Shown here piece after piece: positions 26,479-36,701 of a stretch of 64,000 bases of DNA. The notes under the pieces were generated by a model. It had not been told where the DNA came from, did not search any database, and saw nothing but the letters and a program-made list of their open reading frames with translations. The position numbers and the translations under genes were made by a program. Source of the DNA: a virus; the UHGV virus genome UHGV-1366171, one strand, 5' to 3'. Each line of letters opens with the position of its first letter. The stretch's first letter is position 1.

Positions 26479-27075
26479 ATGGCGGAGAACATTGAATCAA
26501 CAACAATGGCTGAAACTGAAAGTCAGGTCATCGAAACCCCAGGGCATGATACACCAACGGTAGAAGAACTGATGGCTGAACTGGCGAAGGAACGGGCAGA
26601 AAAGGCTAAATTGAAAAATTCATTTGATACAGCTTCTTCTGAGCTTTCCAATGCTAAAAAGCAGTTAAAAGCTAAAATGACAGCCGAGGAACAAGAGGCA
26701 GAGGCAAAGAAAGCCGCCGATGAAGCCAAAGATGCCAGAATCCAGGAACTTGAATCCAAATTCCGAACGATGGACTACAGCAAGCGGTATATGGGAATTG
26801 GCATGGATGAAAAGACAGCAGAGTCATTGTCCGAATTAACTGGAGAGTTGACTGATACAGATAAGTTTTTCTCTGCTTTAGGAAAATTTGTACAGGCAGT
26901 AAAAAAGCAGTCCGGTGAGGATGCACTTCAAACATATTTGAAGGATAACCCGGATATTAAGGCCGGCAGCGGGGCTACAAGCAAGGATGAGGCCTCTATC
27001 CAGTTTGCTACAAATCTGGCATCGCAAAAGGCCGGGCGTGGAATCAATGAAGATTTATTAAAAAGATTGCTATAA
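26479..27075 (+). CDS. scaffolding protein
   Basis: acidic, coiled-coil rich (EELMAELAKERAEKAKLKN...), between portal and capsid. Confidence 0.55.
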   Translation: MAENIESTTMAETESQVIETPGHDTPTVEELMAELAKERAEKAKLKNSFDTASSELSNAKKQLKAKMTAEEQEAEAKKAADEAKDARIQELESKFRTMDYSKRYMGIGMDEKTAESLSELTGELTDTDKFFSALGKFVQAVKKQSGEDALQTYLKDNPDIKAGSGATSKDEASIQFATNLASQKAGRGINEDLLKRLL

Positions 27076-27088
27076 GGAGGATGAGCAA

Positions 27089-27514
27089 ATGGCAAGAGGA
27101 GATATGAAAGTTGATACCTTAACTTATGTTTCCGAGCCCACGATTTTAAATCGTAAGGAAAAAGAAGCGATCGCAATGACGATTGATTTTACTAGTGTCA
27201 CGGATACAAATAAGGTGACAGGAGAAAAAGTGGTGAAGGCTGGAACACCCGTTGATAAGAACGGTAAGCCGCAGAAAACCACACCGTTTACTGGAGCAGT
27301 AGGAATTCTTTATCGGGATACTTATGAATCCAGGCCACAGGGGGCACTTTTGAAAAAAGCTTACATACATACGAAAAGGGCACAGGACAATAGCGGATGC
27401 ACATATGATGCAAAACTGGTAGCGGCTTTGGTAAATGCTGGCTGCCGCATTGTATTTGAGGAACCCGGAGTTGTTGGGACTATTCCAGACGCAGCCAGCG
27501 GAGGAGGCGCTTAA
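27089..27514 (+). CDS. head-associated protein (unknown function)
   Basis: position between scaffold and major capsid. Confidence 0.35.
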   Translation: MARGDMKVDTLTYVSEPTILNRKEKEAIAMTIDFTSVTDTNKVTGEKVVKAGTPVDKNGKPQKTTPFTGAVGILYRDTYESRPQGALLKKAYIHTKRAQDNSGCTYDAKLVAALVNAGCRIVFEEPGVVGTIPDAASGGGA

Positions 27515-27586
27515 TAAATTTGCCGACTAATAAAATTTGAAGTTAGTTGCTGACCCCTAAAAGTTTACGGGGTGGAAAGGAGAAAA

Positions 27587-28654
27587 ATGAAGTTATCTGA
27601 TGTTTTTACGGCGAAAGCAATCGCCGCTTACATTACAAATGACCCGAGTAGCAATCTTCCCTATTATGGGGAAGTATTTTTTCCGGCAATTAAAAAGACC
27701 GGAGTTGATTTGAAATGGATTAAGATTAGAAAAGGGCTTGGCGTTGCCCTGAAACCGTCCGCATTTGATTCTATGGCTACCATTCGCACCAGAGGCGGAT
27801 TTAAGGCAACAAAAGAGCAAATGCCCTTATTTAGGGAGTCGATGCAGATTGACGAGACTGACATGCTGGAGATTCAGAGAGCGCAGGATTCCAATGACCC
27901 TTATGTCCAGGATGTGCTTAGACACATTTTTGATGATGCAGCAGAATTGACCCTTGGCGCTGATATTTCTGCTGAGAAGATGAGAATGAATCTACTGGCA
28001 CCTATCAATGGCACTATGCAGATTTCTGTTGGAATGGCAGACAACACAATTTACAACTATAAATATGACGAGGATGGAACATGGAAATCGGAACATTATG
28101 TAGAACTGACTGGAACGGATACTTGGGACAAACCAGAAACAGCAAAGCCATTGAGTGATATCGCAGAGGGTACCGCATATCTGGCAAATCTTGGTTTTAA
28201 ACCTAGATTTGCGATGATGACTACGAAAACGTTTAATTATCTGATTGACAATGAGCAGATGATGAACGCAATGATTACCGCTTCTGGTGTAAAAAATGCA
28301 TATCTGGATGCAAAGGGAACTAGGGACTTGTTTGAATTAAAAACAGAGCTTCAGCTTATCAAAAACGATAAGAGATATACAGATTTTGATGGCACGGACA
28401 AGAACTTCTTCCCTGATGATTATGTAACTATTATCGGTGATGGAGTCCTGGGTAATACATATTACGGCACAACACCAGAGGAAAGAACGCTGCTGGGAGA
28501 TTCTACAGTAGATGTATCTATCGTGAAGAATGGTATTGCGATTGCAAAGAAAACAGATTATGGTCCGCCTGTGCTGGTGTCTACCACGGCTTCACAGATT
28601 TGTTTGCCATCCTTCGAGGGAATGGATGCTATCTATGTAATCAAAGTGAAATAA
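27587..28654 (+). CDS. major capsid protein
   Basis: 355 aa, follows scaffold; RBS GGAAAGGAG; preceded by hairpin CCCC..GGGG. Confidence 0.6.
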   Translation: MKLSDVFTAKAIAAYITNDPSSNLPYYGEVFFPAIKKTGVDLKWIKIRKGLGVALKPSAFDSMATIRTRGGFKATKEQMPLFRESMQIDETDMLEIQRAQDSNDPYVQDVLRHIFDDAAELTLGADISAEKMRMNLLAPINGTMQISVGMADNTIYNYKYDEDGTWKSEHYVELTGTDTWDKPETAKPLSDIAEGTAYLANLGFKPRFAMMTTKTFNYLIDNEQMMNAMITASGVKNAYLDAKGTRDLFELKTELQLIKNDKRYTDFDGTDKNFFPDDYVTIIGDGVLGNTYYGTTPEERTLLGDSTVDVSIVKNGIAIAKKTDYGPPVLVSTTASQICLPSFEGMDAIYVIKVK

Positions 28655-28667
28655 CGGAGGTCAAGCT

Positions 28668-28931
28668 ATGAAGTATGACCATAAAGTAAAGTTCGGCGGG
28701 GTTTTGTACCTCGCCGAAGAAGAAGTTCCAAATGACGAAAAAGAAGAGCAGATAATGCCTTTTGATGATACGGATATTGCGTTTGAAGGTTCTGACGAGA
28801 AATATACATACGAGGATTTGAGCGCAATGACCGTCAAGGATATAAGAAAGTTGGCGGAAGATAATGGAATTATGATTACTAAAGTTATTAAAGATGAAGT
28901 GATTGGGGAATTTCTTTCCCAACAAATATAA
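28668..28931 (+). CDS. hypothetical head protein
   Basis: ORF after capsid gene. Confidence 0.35.
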   Translation: MKYDHKVKFGGVLYLAEEEVPNDEKEEQIMPFDDTDIAFEGSDEKYTYEDLSAMTVKDIRKLAEDNGIMITKVIKDEVIGEFLSQQI

Positions 28932-28937
28932 AGGCAG

Positions 28938-29276
28938 GTGAGCAGAGTGGAGTTGGAAATACTTCAAGATTTGAAAAATTATTTTGGAGATGATTATGAG
29001 GAAGAGCAGGAATCTACTCTGCTCTTTTGCATCAAACGTTCAATAAAATCTTTTAAAAATAAAAGGAACTATCCTAGCGCTTATCCCCAAATTATGATTG
29101 AGAAGGATATGGACAAGTATTATTCTTGTCTCTTGGATTTGTCTTTATATTGGGCCATAAAACAAGGATATGAATTTCAAGGTTCTCATTCTGAAAATAG
29201 TACAAACCGATCTTGGGAAAGTGAATCGGAGATTTATTCTTTGCACAATGTTATTCCAATAGCAAGAATTTTATAG
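28938..29276 (+). CDS. head-tail connector/adaptor-like protein
   Basis: about 110 aa, position after capsid; weak resemblance to gp6-type connector. Confidence 0.35.
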   Translation: MSRVELEILQDLKNYFGDDYEEEQESTLLFCIKRSIKSFKNKRNYPSAYPQIMIEKDMDKYYSCLLDLSLYWAIKQGYEFQGSHSENSTNRSWESESEIYSLHNVIPIARIL

Positions 29277-29407
29277 TTTTTGCAGTAAAAGCCGGTGCGT
29301 GGTTAAGGTAATTCCCTCCCGCTTTAATCGCAGGGTGCCAACAATGAGTGTGGTTGGGGAGTTGGCAAAATTAAAAAAGGGAGAGAAGAAAAAGAAGAGG
29401 TGTTTAA

Positions 29408-29719
29408 ATGGGATGTGAAAATAATTGCGTGAATGAACACCGATTAAAAAAAATCGAAGAAGATTTTAAGGAATTTAGAGATAAGAACTCTAAAGATCAT
29501 AAAGAGTTTTTTAATCGACTGGAAGATGTTGAGAAAGACATGATTTCTTCTAAAAGCGACAGGGAGCACATTAATGAGAAATTAGACGAAATCAGCGGTA
29601 ATGTTAAGGTTCTTATGGAAAAACCTGGGAAAAGATATGAAACGATTGCTACAAGTGTTTTGACAGGAATAATCGGAGCGTTAATAGGATTTATCGCAAG
29701 CGGTGTTTTTCCGATGTAG
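29408..29719 (+). CDS. XhlA-family (haemolysin XhlA-like) membrane protein
   Basis: coiled-coil N-terminus + single C-terminal TM (TSVLTGIIGALIGFIASGVF), about 100 aa. Confidence 0.5.
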   Translation: MGCENNCVNEHRLKKIEEDFKEFRDKNSKDHKEFFNRLEDVEKDMISSKSDREHINEKLDEISGNVKVLMEKPGKRYETIATSVLTGIIGALIGFIASGVFPM

Positions 29720-29748
29720 CTAGATTCCATTTCAGGGAGGGAAGTGGA

Positions 29749-30000
29749 ATGGATTTAAAAAGAAATTTTTATAAGGAATTTATAAAAGAAGAAATTGATT
29801 TTTATTTGAGGGAGGCAAACTTTGATGAAAGGGAGCGCTCCCTCTTTTTGTATAGAAATAGTAAAATTCCATTGGAAGAAGTAGCAGAAAAAATGAATTG
29901 TAGCGTTAGCACTATTAACAGAATAAATCGAACGATGAAAACAAAGATCATCAAAACAGCACCTAAATATTATAGAGGAATTTCAGAAAATTGGAAATGA
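29749..30000 (+). CDS. small HTH regulator (sigma region-4-like)
   Basis: C-terminal HTH MNCSVSTINRINRTMKTKI. Confidence 0.4.
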   Translation: MDLKRNFYKEFIKEEIDFYLREANFDERERSLFLYRNSKIPLEEVAEKMNCSVSTINRINRTMKTKIIKTAPKYYRGISENWK

Positions 30001-30094
30001 CATATTGGTGATAGAAATGTGACAGTTTTATGGAATGGTGAATAACGGTCCCGTCATTTAAAATTAAATCATAAAGACAGGGGAGGAAAACGTT

Positions 30095-30604
30095 ATGCAA
30101 CCATTTCCGACATATCAAAACTTCGGATATCAGCCACAGTATGGAGGATATCAACAGTATAATCCTTTACAACCGCAATATGACAGATTGGCTCAGATGC
30201 AGACACAGTATAATCAGCAACAGTTATATAACCAACCTGTTCAGCAGGCTCAAACTCCTGGTCTGAATGGAGAAATTGTGGATGGCCTGGACGTGGTAAA
30301 GGCGAAGAATGTTGACATGAGCGGCCAGCCTACCTTTTATCCAAAATCCGATTTGTCAGAAGTATATGTAAAAAGGCTTATGGCAGATGGAACAAGTCAG
30401 ATTATTACATATAAGGCAGTTCAGCCGGAAGATGAAAAGCAAAAGGAAGATCAATCGTATGTTGATATTCAGATGCTTAATTCTATGCTTGGACAAGTTA
30501 AAGCAGAGATATTACAGGGAATTGGCGGAGAACTATCTGAGATTAAACAGATGATTACACCGATAGAATCTCCTAAAGTGCAGAGGGGAGGTAATCAGAA
30601 ATGA
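30095..30604 (+). CDS. Q/Y/P-rich low-complexity protein
   Basis: N-terminal 60 aa almost only Q, Y, P, N, G (prion-like composition). Confidence 0.45.
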   Translation: MQPFPTYQNFGYQPQYGGYQQYNPLQPQYDRLAQMQTQYNQQQLYNQPVQQAQTPGLNGEIVDGLDVVKAKNVDMSGQPTFYPKSDLSEVYVKRLMADGTSQIITYKAVQPEDEKQKEDQSYVDIQMLNSMLGQVKAEILQGIGGELSEIKQMITPIESPKVQRGGNQK

Positions 30605-30852
30605 TGAATATGCAATTTAACCCGATGCAACTTATGCAAATGATGAAAAATGGAGGAAACCCTCGTCAAATGCTTATAAACATGATGAAACAACAGGCCG
30701 GAAATAATCCTGTGATGTCAAATGCTTTACAGATGATGGAAAAAGGAGATTCCAAAGGCTTAGAACAGCTTTGTAGGAATCTTGGGAAAGAAAAGAATGT
30801 TGATATAGATCAAATGATGAATCAGATAAAAAATCAGTTTGGAATGAAATAA
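30601..30852 (+). CDS. Met/Gln/Asn-rich small protein
   Basis: about 20% Met: MMNMQFNPMQLMQMMKNGGNPRQMLINMMKQQ. Confidence 0.45.
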   Translation: MMNMQFNPMQLMQMMKNGGNPRQMLINMMKQQAGNNPVMSNALQMMEKGDSKGLEQLCRNLGKEKNVDIDQMMNQIKNQFGMK

Positions 30853-30931
30853 ATTAAATCGCTACAACAATTAAAAGAGCCGCGGAACTTTTGATTTTGT
30901 AAATATAAAAATCAATAAGGAGGTAATCTCT

Positions 30932-31651
30932 ATGATGAGTGAGGGATTATCAGCGAGTGATGTTGCAGTTTTAACTGGCAACACTAATAACCGTGGCTGT
31001 AATGATGGCTTTGGATGGGGCGGAGAATGGATTTGGATTATTCTTCTGTTCTGCCTGTTCGGCTGGGGAGGCTTCGGCGGAGGCTGGGGTGGAAATGGTG
31101 GTGGATTTAATACACCTTCCGCGAATGGTGCTTTAACCAGAGCCGAAATGTTTGAGGGTTTCCAGGGACAGGGGTTCAACGATCGCCTGACAGGAATCCG
31201 TGATGGACAGTTTGGAATCGAACAGTCTTTGTGTAACGGATTTAATGGTGTGCAGCAGGGATTTAACTCTATTGCAACACAGATGGCAAATTGCTGCTGT
31301 GATTTAAAACAGGGGCAGGGCGAAATTTCCTATAATATCGCAATGCAGACCAATAGCTTACAGAACACCATGAATCAGAACGCAAACGCTCTCCAGAGTC
31401 AGCTTTGCAATGGATTTAGAGATGTGATTGATGCACAGAACGCAGGAACACAGAGAATCGTTGACCTGATTACTCAGGACAAGATTTCTTCTCTCCAGAC
31501 TGAACTTCAGTCCGCGCAGCTTCAGCTTGCTAACGCAAATCAGACGACGAATATCGTTAATGCTTTACGCAGCCCGGCTCCTATTCCGGCTTATACGGTT
31601 CCTAACCCATACGCTTATACAGGGTGCGGATGCGGGACTTGCGGCTGCTAA
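30932..31651 (+). CDS. Gly/Trp-rich membrane protein with Q/N-rich body and C-terminal CGCGTCGC
   Basis: GFGWGGEWIWIILLFCLFGWGGFGGGWGGNGGGF; terminal GCGCGTCGC. Confidence 0.45.
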   Translation: MMSEGLSASDVAVLTGNTNNRGCNDGFGWGGEWIWIILLFCLFGWGGFGGGWGGNGGGFNTPSANGALTRAEMFEGFQGQGFNDRLTGIRDGQFGIEQSLCNGFNGVQQGFNSIATQMANCCCDLKQGQGEISYNIAMQTNSLQNTMNQNANALQSQLCNGFRDVIDAQNAGTQRIVDLITQDKISSLQTELQSAQLQLANANQTTNIVNALRSPAPIPAYTVPNPYAYTGCGCGTCGC

Positions 31652-31863
31652 TGAGAAATCAGCAGTTGTTTGATAATCTCCAGATTTATGACACAGTTTT
31701 GCAGCTTATGACATTCTTGTGGGCTGCGGACGATGCAAGTAATACTGATATTATTGAGGAATTACAGAAACAAAATTCTAAATATCTGGAAACGATTATC
31801 AGACAGAACAAAAAAATAATAAGCATGTTGGAAACGCAAAGTTCCATATCTACACCTAAGTAG
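31624..31863 (+). CDS. hypothetical protein
   Basis: ORF overlapping previous gene end. Confidence 0.25.
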   Translation: MRMRDLRLLMRNQQLFDNLQIYDTVLQLMTFLWAADDASNTDIIEELQKQNSKYLETIIRQNKKIISMLETQSSISTPK

Positions 31864-31937
31864 TCTTGCGAAAATAACGAAAAGGGGTAGACGTGGTAAG
31901 TTTATCCCTTTTCTTCATTGGAAAGGAGATAAAGAAT

Positions 31938-32357
31938 ATGGCTGAATTTACAAGCCCGTTTGTTCAGAGGATAGCGGCTGGGCAGAATGCAGTGTTGTTA
32001 GAAGATCCTGTTAAAAGTAGATGTGTAAATCATCGTGCAGGTTCTGGTCTGGTTTGTGTGGCAAATAGCGGAAACGACTGTAATCCTGCGAGATATAGAG
32101 TATATGGAAAGGCAAATATAGCTATTCCAACTGGCGGAACAGTTGGAGCGATTTCGCTTGGATTATCATTAAATGGAGAGGTGTTACAGACATCCCTTGC
32201 AACGGTTACTCCGGCAGCAGTAGAAAATTTCTTTAATGTCTCTTTTGAAGAAATTGTTTGCGCTGGGAAGTGCCAGGTAAACTTGGCAATAACCAATCCC
32301 AACACCCAGGCAATCGAAGTTGAAAATTTAACGCTTATTGTAGAGCGTGAGTGCTAG
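31938..32357 (+). CDS. beta-rich protein, possibly BclA-C-terminal/C1q-like fold
   Basis: G/S/T/V/N-rich beta pattern ...GTVGAISLGLSLNGEVLQTSLATVTPAAV...NLAITNPNTQAIEVENLTLIV; similarity from memory only. Confidence 0.3.
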   Translation: MAEFTSPFVQRIAAGQNAVLLEDPVKSRCVNHRAGSGLVCVANSGNDCNPARYRVYGKANIAIPTGGTVGAISLGLSLNGEVLQTSLATVTPAAVENFFNVSFEEIVCAGKCQVNLAITNPNTQAIEVENLTLIVEREC

Positions 32358-32368
32358 GAGGTGTCGGT

Positions 32369-33133
32369 ATGCATGAATTGATTAAGAAGATTGAAGATAT
32401 TGCTAAACAGGATATTGAGTGCATGGCAGCGAAGGGGTACGATCACATTGATCGGAAATGTTTTGGCGAGGCTGTAGATGTTTTGAAAGATGCTATGCAG
32501 ATGAAATACTTTGTGGCGGAAACCATGAAAGCTTGTCTGGAAACTGAGTACATGAAGGAGATTAAAATTCCGAACAAAATCCATGAAGGCGAGCTGACAG
32601 AGAGAATGTTAGAGGAATACGATTCAAACCCGGATTTTGGAGTGATGGGAAATGGTAGATATGGTTATAGAGGACGTGCAGCAAATGGACGGTTTGTCCA
32701 TCGCTCTGGTCGAGGACGTTCCGCTGGATATACCCCGTATCTTCATATAATGCCGGAGATGGATGAGTATGATGGAATGTACGATGAAATCCCTTATCCG
32801 ATGACTGGCTATCGTATGGGTTATACAAGCGGAAGAAACGGAAACTACAGTGGAAATATGTCGAATACCGGAGGCGGTTCCGATAATGGCAGATATGGAT
32901 ATGATGGTATGAACAGACCTTCCAGATACGGCGAATCTTATGATCGCATGTCTGAGTATAGACGCCACTATACAGAGTCCAAAAATCCAGAGGATAAAAA
33001 GCACATGGAGGAATACATGAAACGTTATGCGAAAGACTTTATGGATTCTTTCAGCGAGGTAAAGGCTGACGCTGATCCGGCGGCATGGCAGGCATTGAAG
33101 CAGGATATGGTTAAATTTGTCCAGAGTATGTAA
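32369..33133 (+). CDS. Gly/Tyr/Arg-rich low-complexity protein
   Basis: GNGRYGYRGRAANGRF...GRNGNYSGNMSNTGGGSDNGRYGYDGMNRPSRYGESYDRMSEYRRHY. Confidence 0.45.
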   Translation: MHELIKKIEDIAKQDIECMAAKGYDHIDRKCFGEAVDVLKDAMQMKYFVAETMKACLETEYMKEIKIPNKIHEGELTERMLEEYDSNPDFGVMGNGRYGYRGRAANGRFVHRSGRGRSAGYTPYLHIMPEMDEYDGMYDEIPYPMTGYRMGYTSGRNGNYSGNMSNTGGGSDNGRYGYDGMNRPSRYGESYDRMSEYRRHYTESKNPEDKKHMEEYMKRYAKDFMDSFSEVKADADPAAWQALKQDMVKFVQSM

Positions 33134-33215
33134 ATAAGGAAACAGAAGGGCTTGTTGCTTTAGAGCAACAGGCTCTTTTGAATATAAAAAGAAAGATAGA
33201 AAGGTAGGAATAAAG

Positions 33216-33545
33216 ATGATTTTACAGATTAGCAAGGGTAACAAAAAAATTTATCAAGAAGCGGAAAGTATTTCGTTATCTAAGGTGGATTTATCTGAAA
33301 TGCCAAAAATCTCAAAAGACGATTTGTTAGAGGTTTTGAATTTAGAAGTAAACCCAGAGAATAAGATGTACTTTGATATGGATGGAGTAATGTCCGATGA
33401 AGAAAGACTTAATGCTGAAAAGGCGGTTAAGGTGGCTGTGCTTTTAGATGGAGAAATTTCTCATAATAATAAGACTTTGATTTTTTCAGGAAATACAACG
33501 ATTTACCTTTTAAACAGTAATGGAAAGACGATACAGAGATTTTGA
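33216..33545 (+). CDS. hypothetical protein
   Basis: ORF with RBS AGGTAGGAATAAAG. Confidence 0.4.
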   Translation: MILQISKGNKKIYQEAESISLSKVDLSEMPKISKDDLLEVLNLEVNPENKMYFDMDGVMSDEERLNAEKAVKVAVLLDGEISHNNKTLIFSGNTTIYLLNSNGKTIQRF

Positions 33546-33636
33546 GTTGAAAAAGAAAAGATGAAAAGGGCTGGCTTTCTATGAGAGTTTAGCTCTTTTT
33601 GATTACAAAATTTAATTATAAAGGAGATGTGGTAGC

Positions 33637-34320
33637 ATGGTAAGTATTTTTGAAGAACGTAATGTAAGAATAATTTGTAGTAAAAACAGGAGCGAAATAT
33701 GGTTTAGTGCGATTGATGTTGGAGAAGAATTAGGGATCGCAAATATTCGTGATACACTAAGAAATATTGATCGTTCAGAAAAGAAGAAATTTACTAATGA
33801 AATGATTTCGGGTGTCGGAGTTTTCTACACCCGGAATTTTAATTCACCATTGAACAATTACGGAGAAACATTTGTATCTGAAGAAGCTGTTTATAATATG
33901 GCGTTCAGAAGCAACAAACCAGAAGCCAAGCTGTTTACAAAATGGGTAACAAAGGTATTAAAGCAAATCCGTGTAAATGGATTCTATGTTCTGGACGGAA
34001 AAGGAGAAGAGCGGTTAAAGACCAGAGAAGAGACAAAGAAAGTACGCCGGATGGAAACGGACACAATCAAGAAATATGTGGAGTACGCAAAATCGCAGGG
34101 CAGCACCCATGCAGATATGTACTACCAGAATTTCACGAAGCTGGTTCAGAACTGTTTGGGAATCGAAGCCGGGAGAAGAGATGATTTAGACCAGAAAACA
34201 CTTTTGCGGTTGAAGTCTTTGGAAACGCTGATTGATATGCGACTGGAAAATTTATTGAAAACAGACATTCCCTATAAAGATATGTATGAGGATGTAAAAG
34301 AACTGATTCGGAGCATTTGA
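33637..34320 (+). CDS. Bro-N domain antirepressor-like protein
   Basis: N-terminal Bro-N-like RIICSKNRSEIWFSAIDVGEELGI. Confidence 0.5.
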   Translation: MVSIFEERNVRIICSKNRSEIWFSAIDVGEELGIANIRDTLRNIDRSEKKKFTNEMISGVGVFYTRNFNSPLNNYGETFVSEEAVYNMAFRSNKPEAKLFTKWVTKVLKQIRVNGFYVLDGKGEERLKTREETKKVRRMETDTIKKYVEYAKSQGSTHADMYYQNFTKLVQNCLGIEAGRRDDLDQKTLLRLKSLETLIDMRLENLLKTDIPYKDMYEDVKELIRSI

Positions 34321-34694
34321 CAGGAGGAGCTATGCAGGACTGTAAAGTAAATATTTTGGGAACGGAATGGAACATTATTTTTCAGACGATAGAACAGGAC
34401 AAGGCATTTGCTGATTGTGATGGATATTGCGACCCGACAGTTAAGAAAATCCACGTCCGCCTATACACGGATGAAGAAGTGAAAGAACAGAAATTCGGAT
34501 ACGAAAGCAGAGAAGAACATAGAAAGAGGGTTATTCGTCACGAAATTCTACATGCGTTCATGTTCGAGAGTGGTTTGTGGCAAAATAGCTTTTGCGCTGA
34601 TGTTCCGTGGGCTATGGGAGAAGAAATGATAGATTTCTATGCAATCCAGTCTCCAAAAATCTTCAAGGTATTTCAAGAACTGGATATTCTTTAA
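34317..34694 (+). CDS. hypothetical protein
   Basis: ATGA-coupled ORF. Confidence 0.4.
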   Translation: MTGGAMQDCKVNILGTEWNIIFQTIEQDKAFADCDGYCDPTVKKIHVRLYTDEEVKEQKFGYESREEHRKRVIRHEILHAFMFESGLWQNSFCADVPWAMGEEMIDFYAIQSPKIFKVFQELDIL

Positions 34695-34909
34695 GCATTT
34701 TTTAATAAGAAACAGGAAGCATCACGGTTATTAAAATAATCGTGGCATTTCTTTAAATAGAAAATAAAAAAGAGCCTATAGGCTCTTGCCCGACGTTTTA
34801 CATGGAAAGGAATTTCAACTTTTCAAGGGTCTACTGACGGCTTTGCGTTCCCTGTTATTTATATTGATTATATCAGAAATAGTTTAATTGTCAATAAGGT
34901 GGTGATACC

Positions 34910-35296
34910 ATGATAGATGAATTTTATATAAATGGGATTCATTGGAATGTACAGTGGACGAATCCAAGCAATCCTATTTTGGTGGACAGGACAAATGTTT
35001 TGACCTGTGCAGTAACCGACCCAGAAACTATGACGATTTATCTATCAGATCGTCTTAAAGGAGAGTTTTTAAATCATGTGCTTATTCATGAGCTTGGACA
35101 TTGCGTAATGTTCTCTTATGGACTTGTGAATGAAATTCATAGAATGTGCAAGAAACGATTCTGGATTGAAATGGAAGAATTTTGTGCGAACCTGCTTGCT
35201 GATTATGGACGACAGATATTTGGTATAGCCTATTCGGTATTAGGAGAACAGGCGATTCATGTTGTTCCTTATCATATGGAAAAACTTGTTGCGTAG
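34910..35296 (+). CDS. putative zinc metallopeptidase (HExxH)
   Basis: VLIHELGHCVMF motif. Confidence 0.4.
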   Translation: MIDEFYINGIHWNVQWTNPSNPILVDRTNVLTCAVTDPETMTIYLSDRLKGEFLNHVLIHELGHCVMFSYGLVNEIHRMCKKRFWIEMEEFCANLLADYGRQIFGIAYSVLGEQAIHVVPYHMEKLVA

Positions 35297-35306
35297 GAGG
35301 TAATGT

Positions 35307-35711
35307 ATGCATAGAAGTCCAGTAAGAGATAGACAAAAAGTATGGTGGGTTACGATAGAAGAAATCCACGAGGGAATAGATAATATAATAAAATATGGAA
35401 AGCCGGAAATGCGCAAACAAACCGTAAGCGCAACTAGCGGCACACCGGAGGAAATAGCGGCTGGGATTGTACCTAACTATGACCGATATGTTACTCATTA
35501 TAAATCTAAAAGTAAGCCTTTCAATCCAGTTGAGGGAATGGGGGTATTTGTTGATGTAGAGCCTGAGTTGGATGAGACTGGAAATCTGGTTATGGAGGAA
35601 GATGGATATACGCCAGTTACGCCGCCAGATTATCGGCTGGTTAAGATTTTGGACACGAAAAAGGGAAGCGTGGCGAGGTATGGGATAAGCAAAGTGGGAG
35701 GGAATCAATGA
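35307..35711 (+). CDS. hypothetical protein
   Basis: ORF with RBS AGGAGGTAATGT. Confidence 0.4.
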   Translation: MHRSPVRDRQKVWWVTIEEIHEGIDNIIKYGKPEMRKQTVSATSGTPEEIAAGIVPNYDRYVTHYKSKSKPFNPVEGMGVFVDVEPELDETGNLVMEEDGYTPVTPPDYRLVKILDTKKGSVARYGISKVGGNQ

Positions 35712-35914
35712 TGGTCGTTATTAACGAAAAAATTCACTTAGAACCATGCAAATATTGTGGTGGTAGAGCATACATAGATATTTTATTTGATAAACCATAT
35801 ATAAACGCACATCATACAAGAAAATGTAAAATGAGACCGGATACATGGCTACTATCTTCTGAACCATTAAATAAACAAATTAAAGCGTGGAATATGAAAG
35901 TGAAGAAACAGTAA
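35708..35914 (+). CDS. small Zn-ribbon protein
   Basis: CKYCGG...HHTRKC. Confidence 0.35.
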   Translation: MMVVINEKIHLEPCKYCGGRAYIDILFDKPYINAHHTRKCKMRPDTWLLSSEPLNKQIKAWNMKVKKQ

Positions 35915-36456
35915 TGGTACGAAAAACAATGAAAATCAATCTCCTTGATGGCGGAAAATCGTTACAACAGGCAATCCGGCAGATAGAACAGTATAAGAAT
36001 GATTTGTCGAGGAAATGCGAGGAGATTTGTAGGCGGTTATCGGAAATTGGCGTTCAGGTCGCGAATACAGTACTTAGAGAAGGAAAACTAGAGGATTATC
36101 AGCCCTCTACTAAAGTCAGTTATGAAATTGATACCAGTGGAAATATAGTACGGGCAAAGATAATAATTTCTGGCCCGTACATTTTATTTCTGGAATTTGG
36201 AAGCGGTATTCGCTACAGTGGTACAAAAAATCCAAAAGTGGCGGAGTTGGGCTATGGTCCTGGCACATATCCATCAAATGCTCCACAGCAAAATCCGCCG
36301 TATGATAACTGGGAAAGCCCAACAGGGTGGTATTACTATGGAGATGATGGAAAAGTTCATCACACTTTCGGCGTTCAGGCAAAAATGCCTGTGTATCGTG
36401 CATCAGTCGAAATAATGAAAAGTGTTAATGAAGTGGCGAAAGAGATATTTGGCTGA
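35914..36456 (+). CDS. HK97 gp10-like head-tail joining protein
   Basis: FLEFGSGIRY motif; TAATG coupling. Confidence 0.35.
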   Translation: MVRKTMKINLLDGGKSLQQAIRQIEQYKNDLSRKCEEICRRLSEIGVQVANTVLREGKLEDYQPSTKVSYEIDTSGNIVRAKIIISGPYILFLEFGSGIRYSGTKNPKVAELGYGPGTYPSNAPQQNPPYDNWESPTGWYYYGDDGKVHHTFGVQAKMPVYRASVEIMKSVNEVAKEIFG

Positions 36457-36701
36457 TTATTTTTCCACATTTTTATTGATAAAATCTTTAATCGCCATAT
36501 CCAGTATTTTGCTAATCGGTATCATAGTTTTTTGAGAATAAGACTATAGATCGAATTGATGTAAATGGAAACTATTGTCCGGAAAATTGTAGATGGGCCG
36601 ATTGCGAAACGCAGAACTATAATAAAAGAGTCACAAGAAAAGTTGTTATTGATGGAGAAGAAAAGACTTTAAAAGACATAGAAAAAGAATACGGAATTTC
36701 T

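Noticed and set aside
27089-27514. Calling this the major capsid protein
   Set aside because: Too small (141 aa); the 355-aa gene at 27587..28654 directly after it fits the major capsid size and position better
32624-33244. 206-aa minus ORF
   Set aside because: Antisense shadow of the G/Y/R-rich gene; the sense strand has a clear RBS and operon context
35082-35708. 208-aa minus ORF
   Set aside because: Antisense to two well-supported plus-strand genes in a tightly coupled operon
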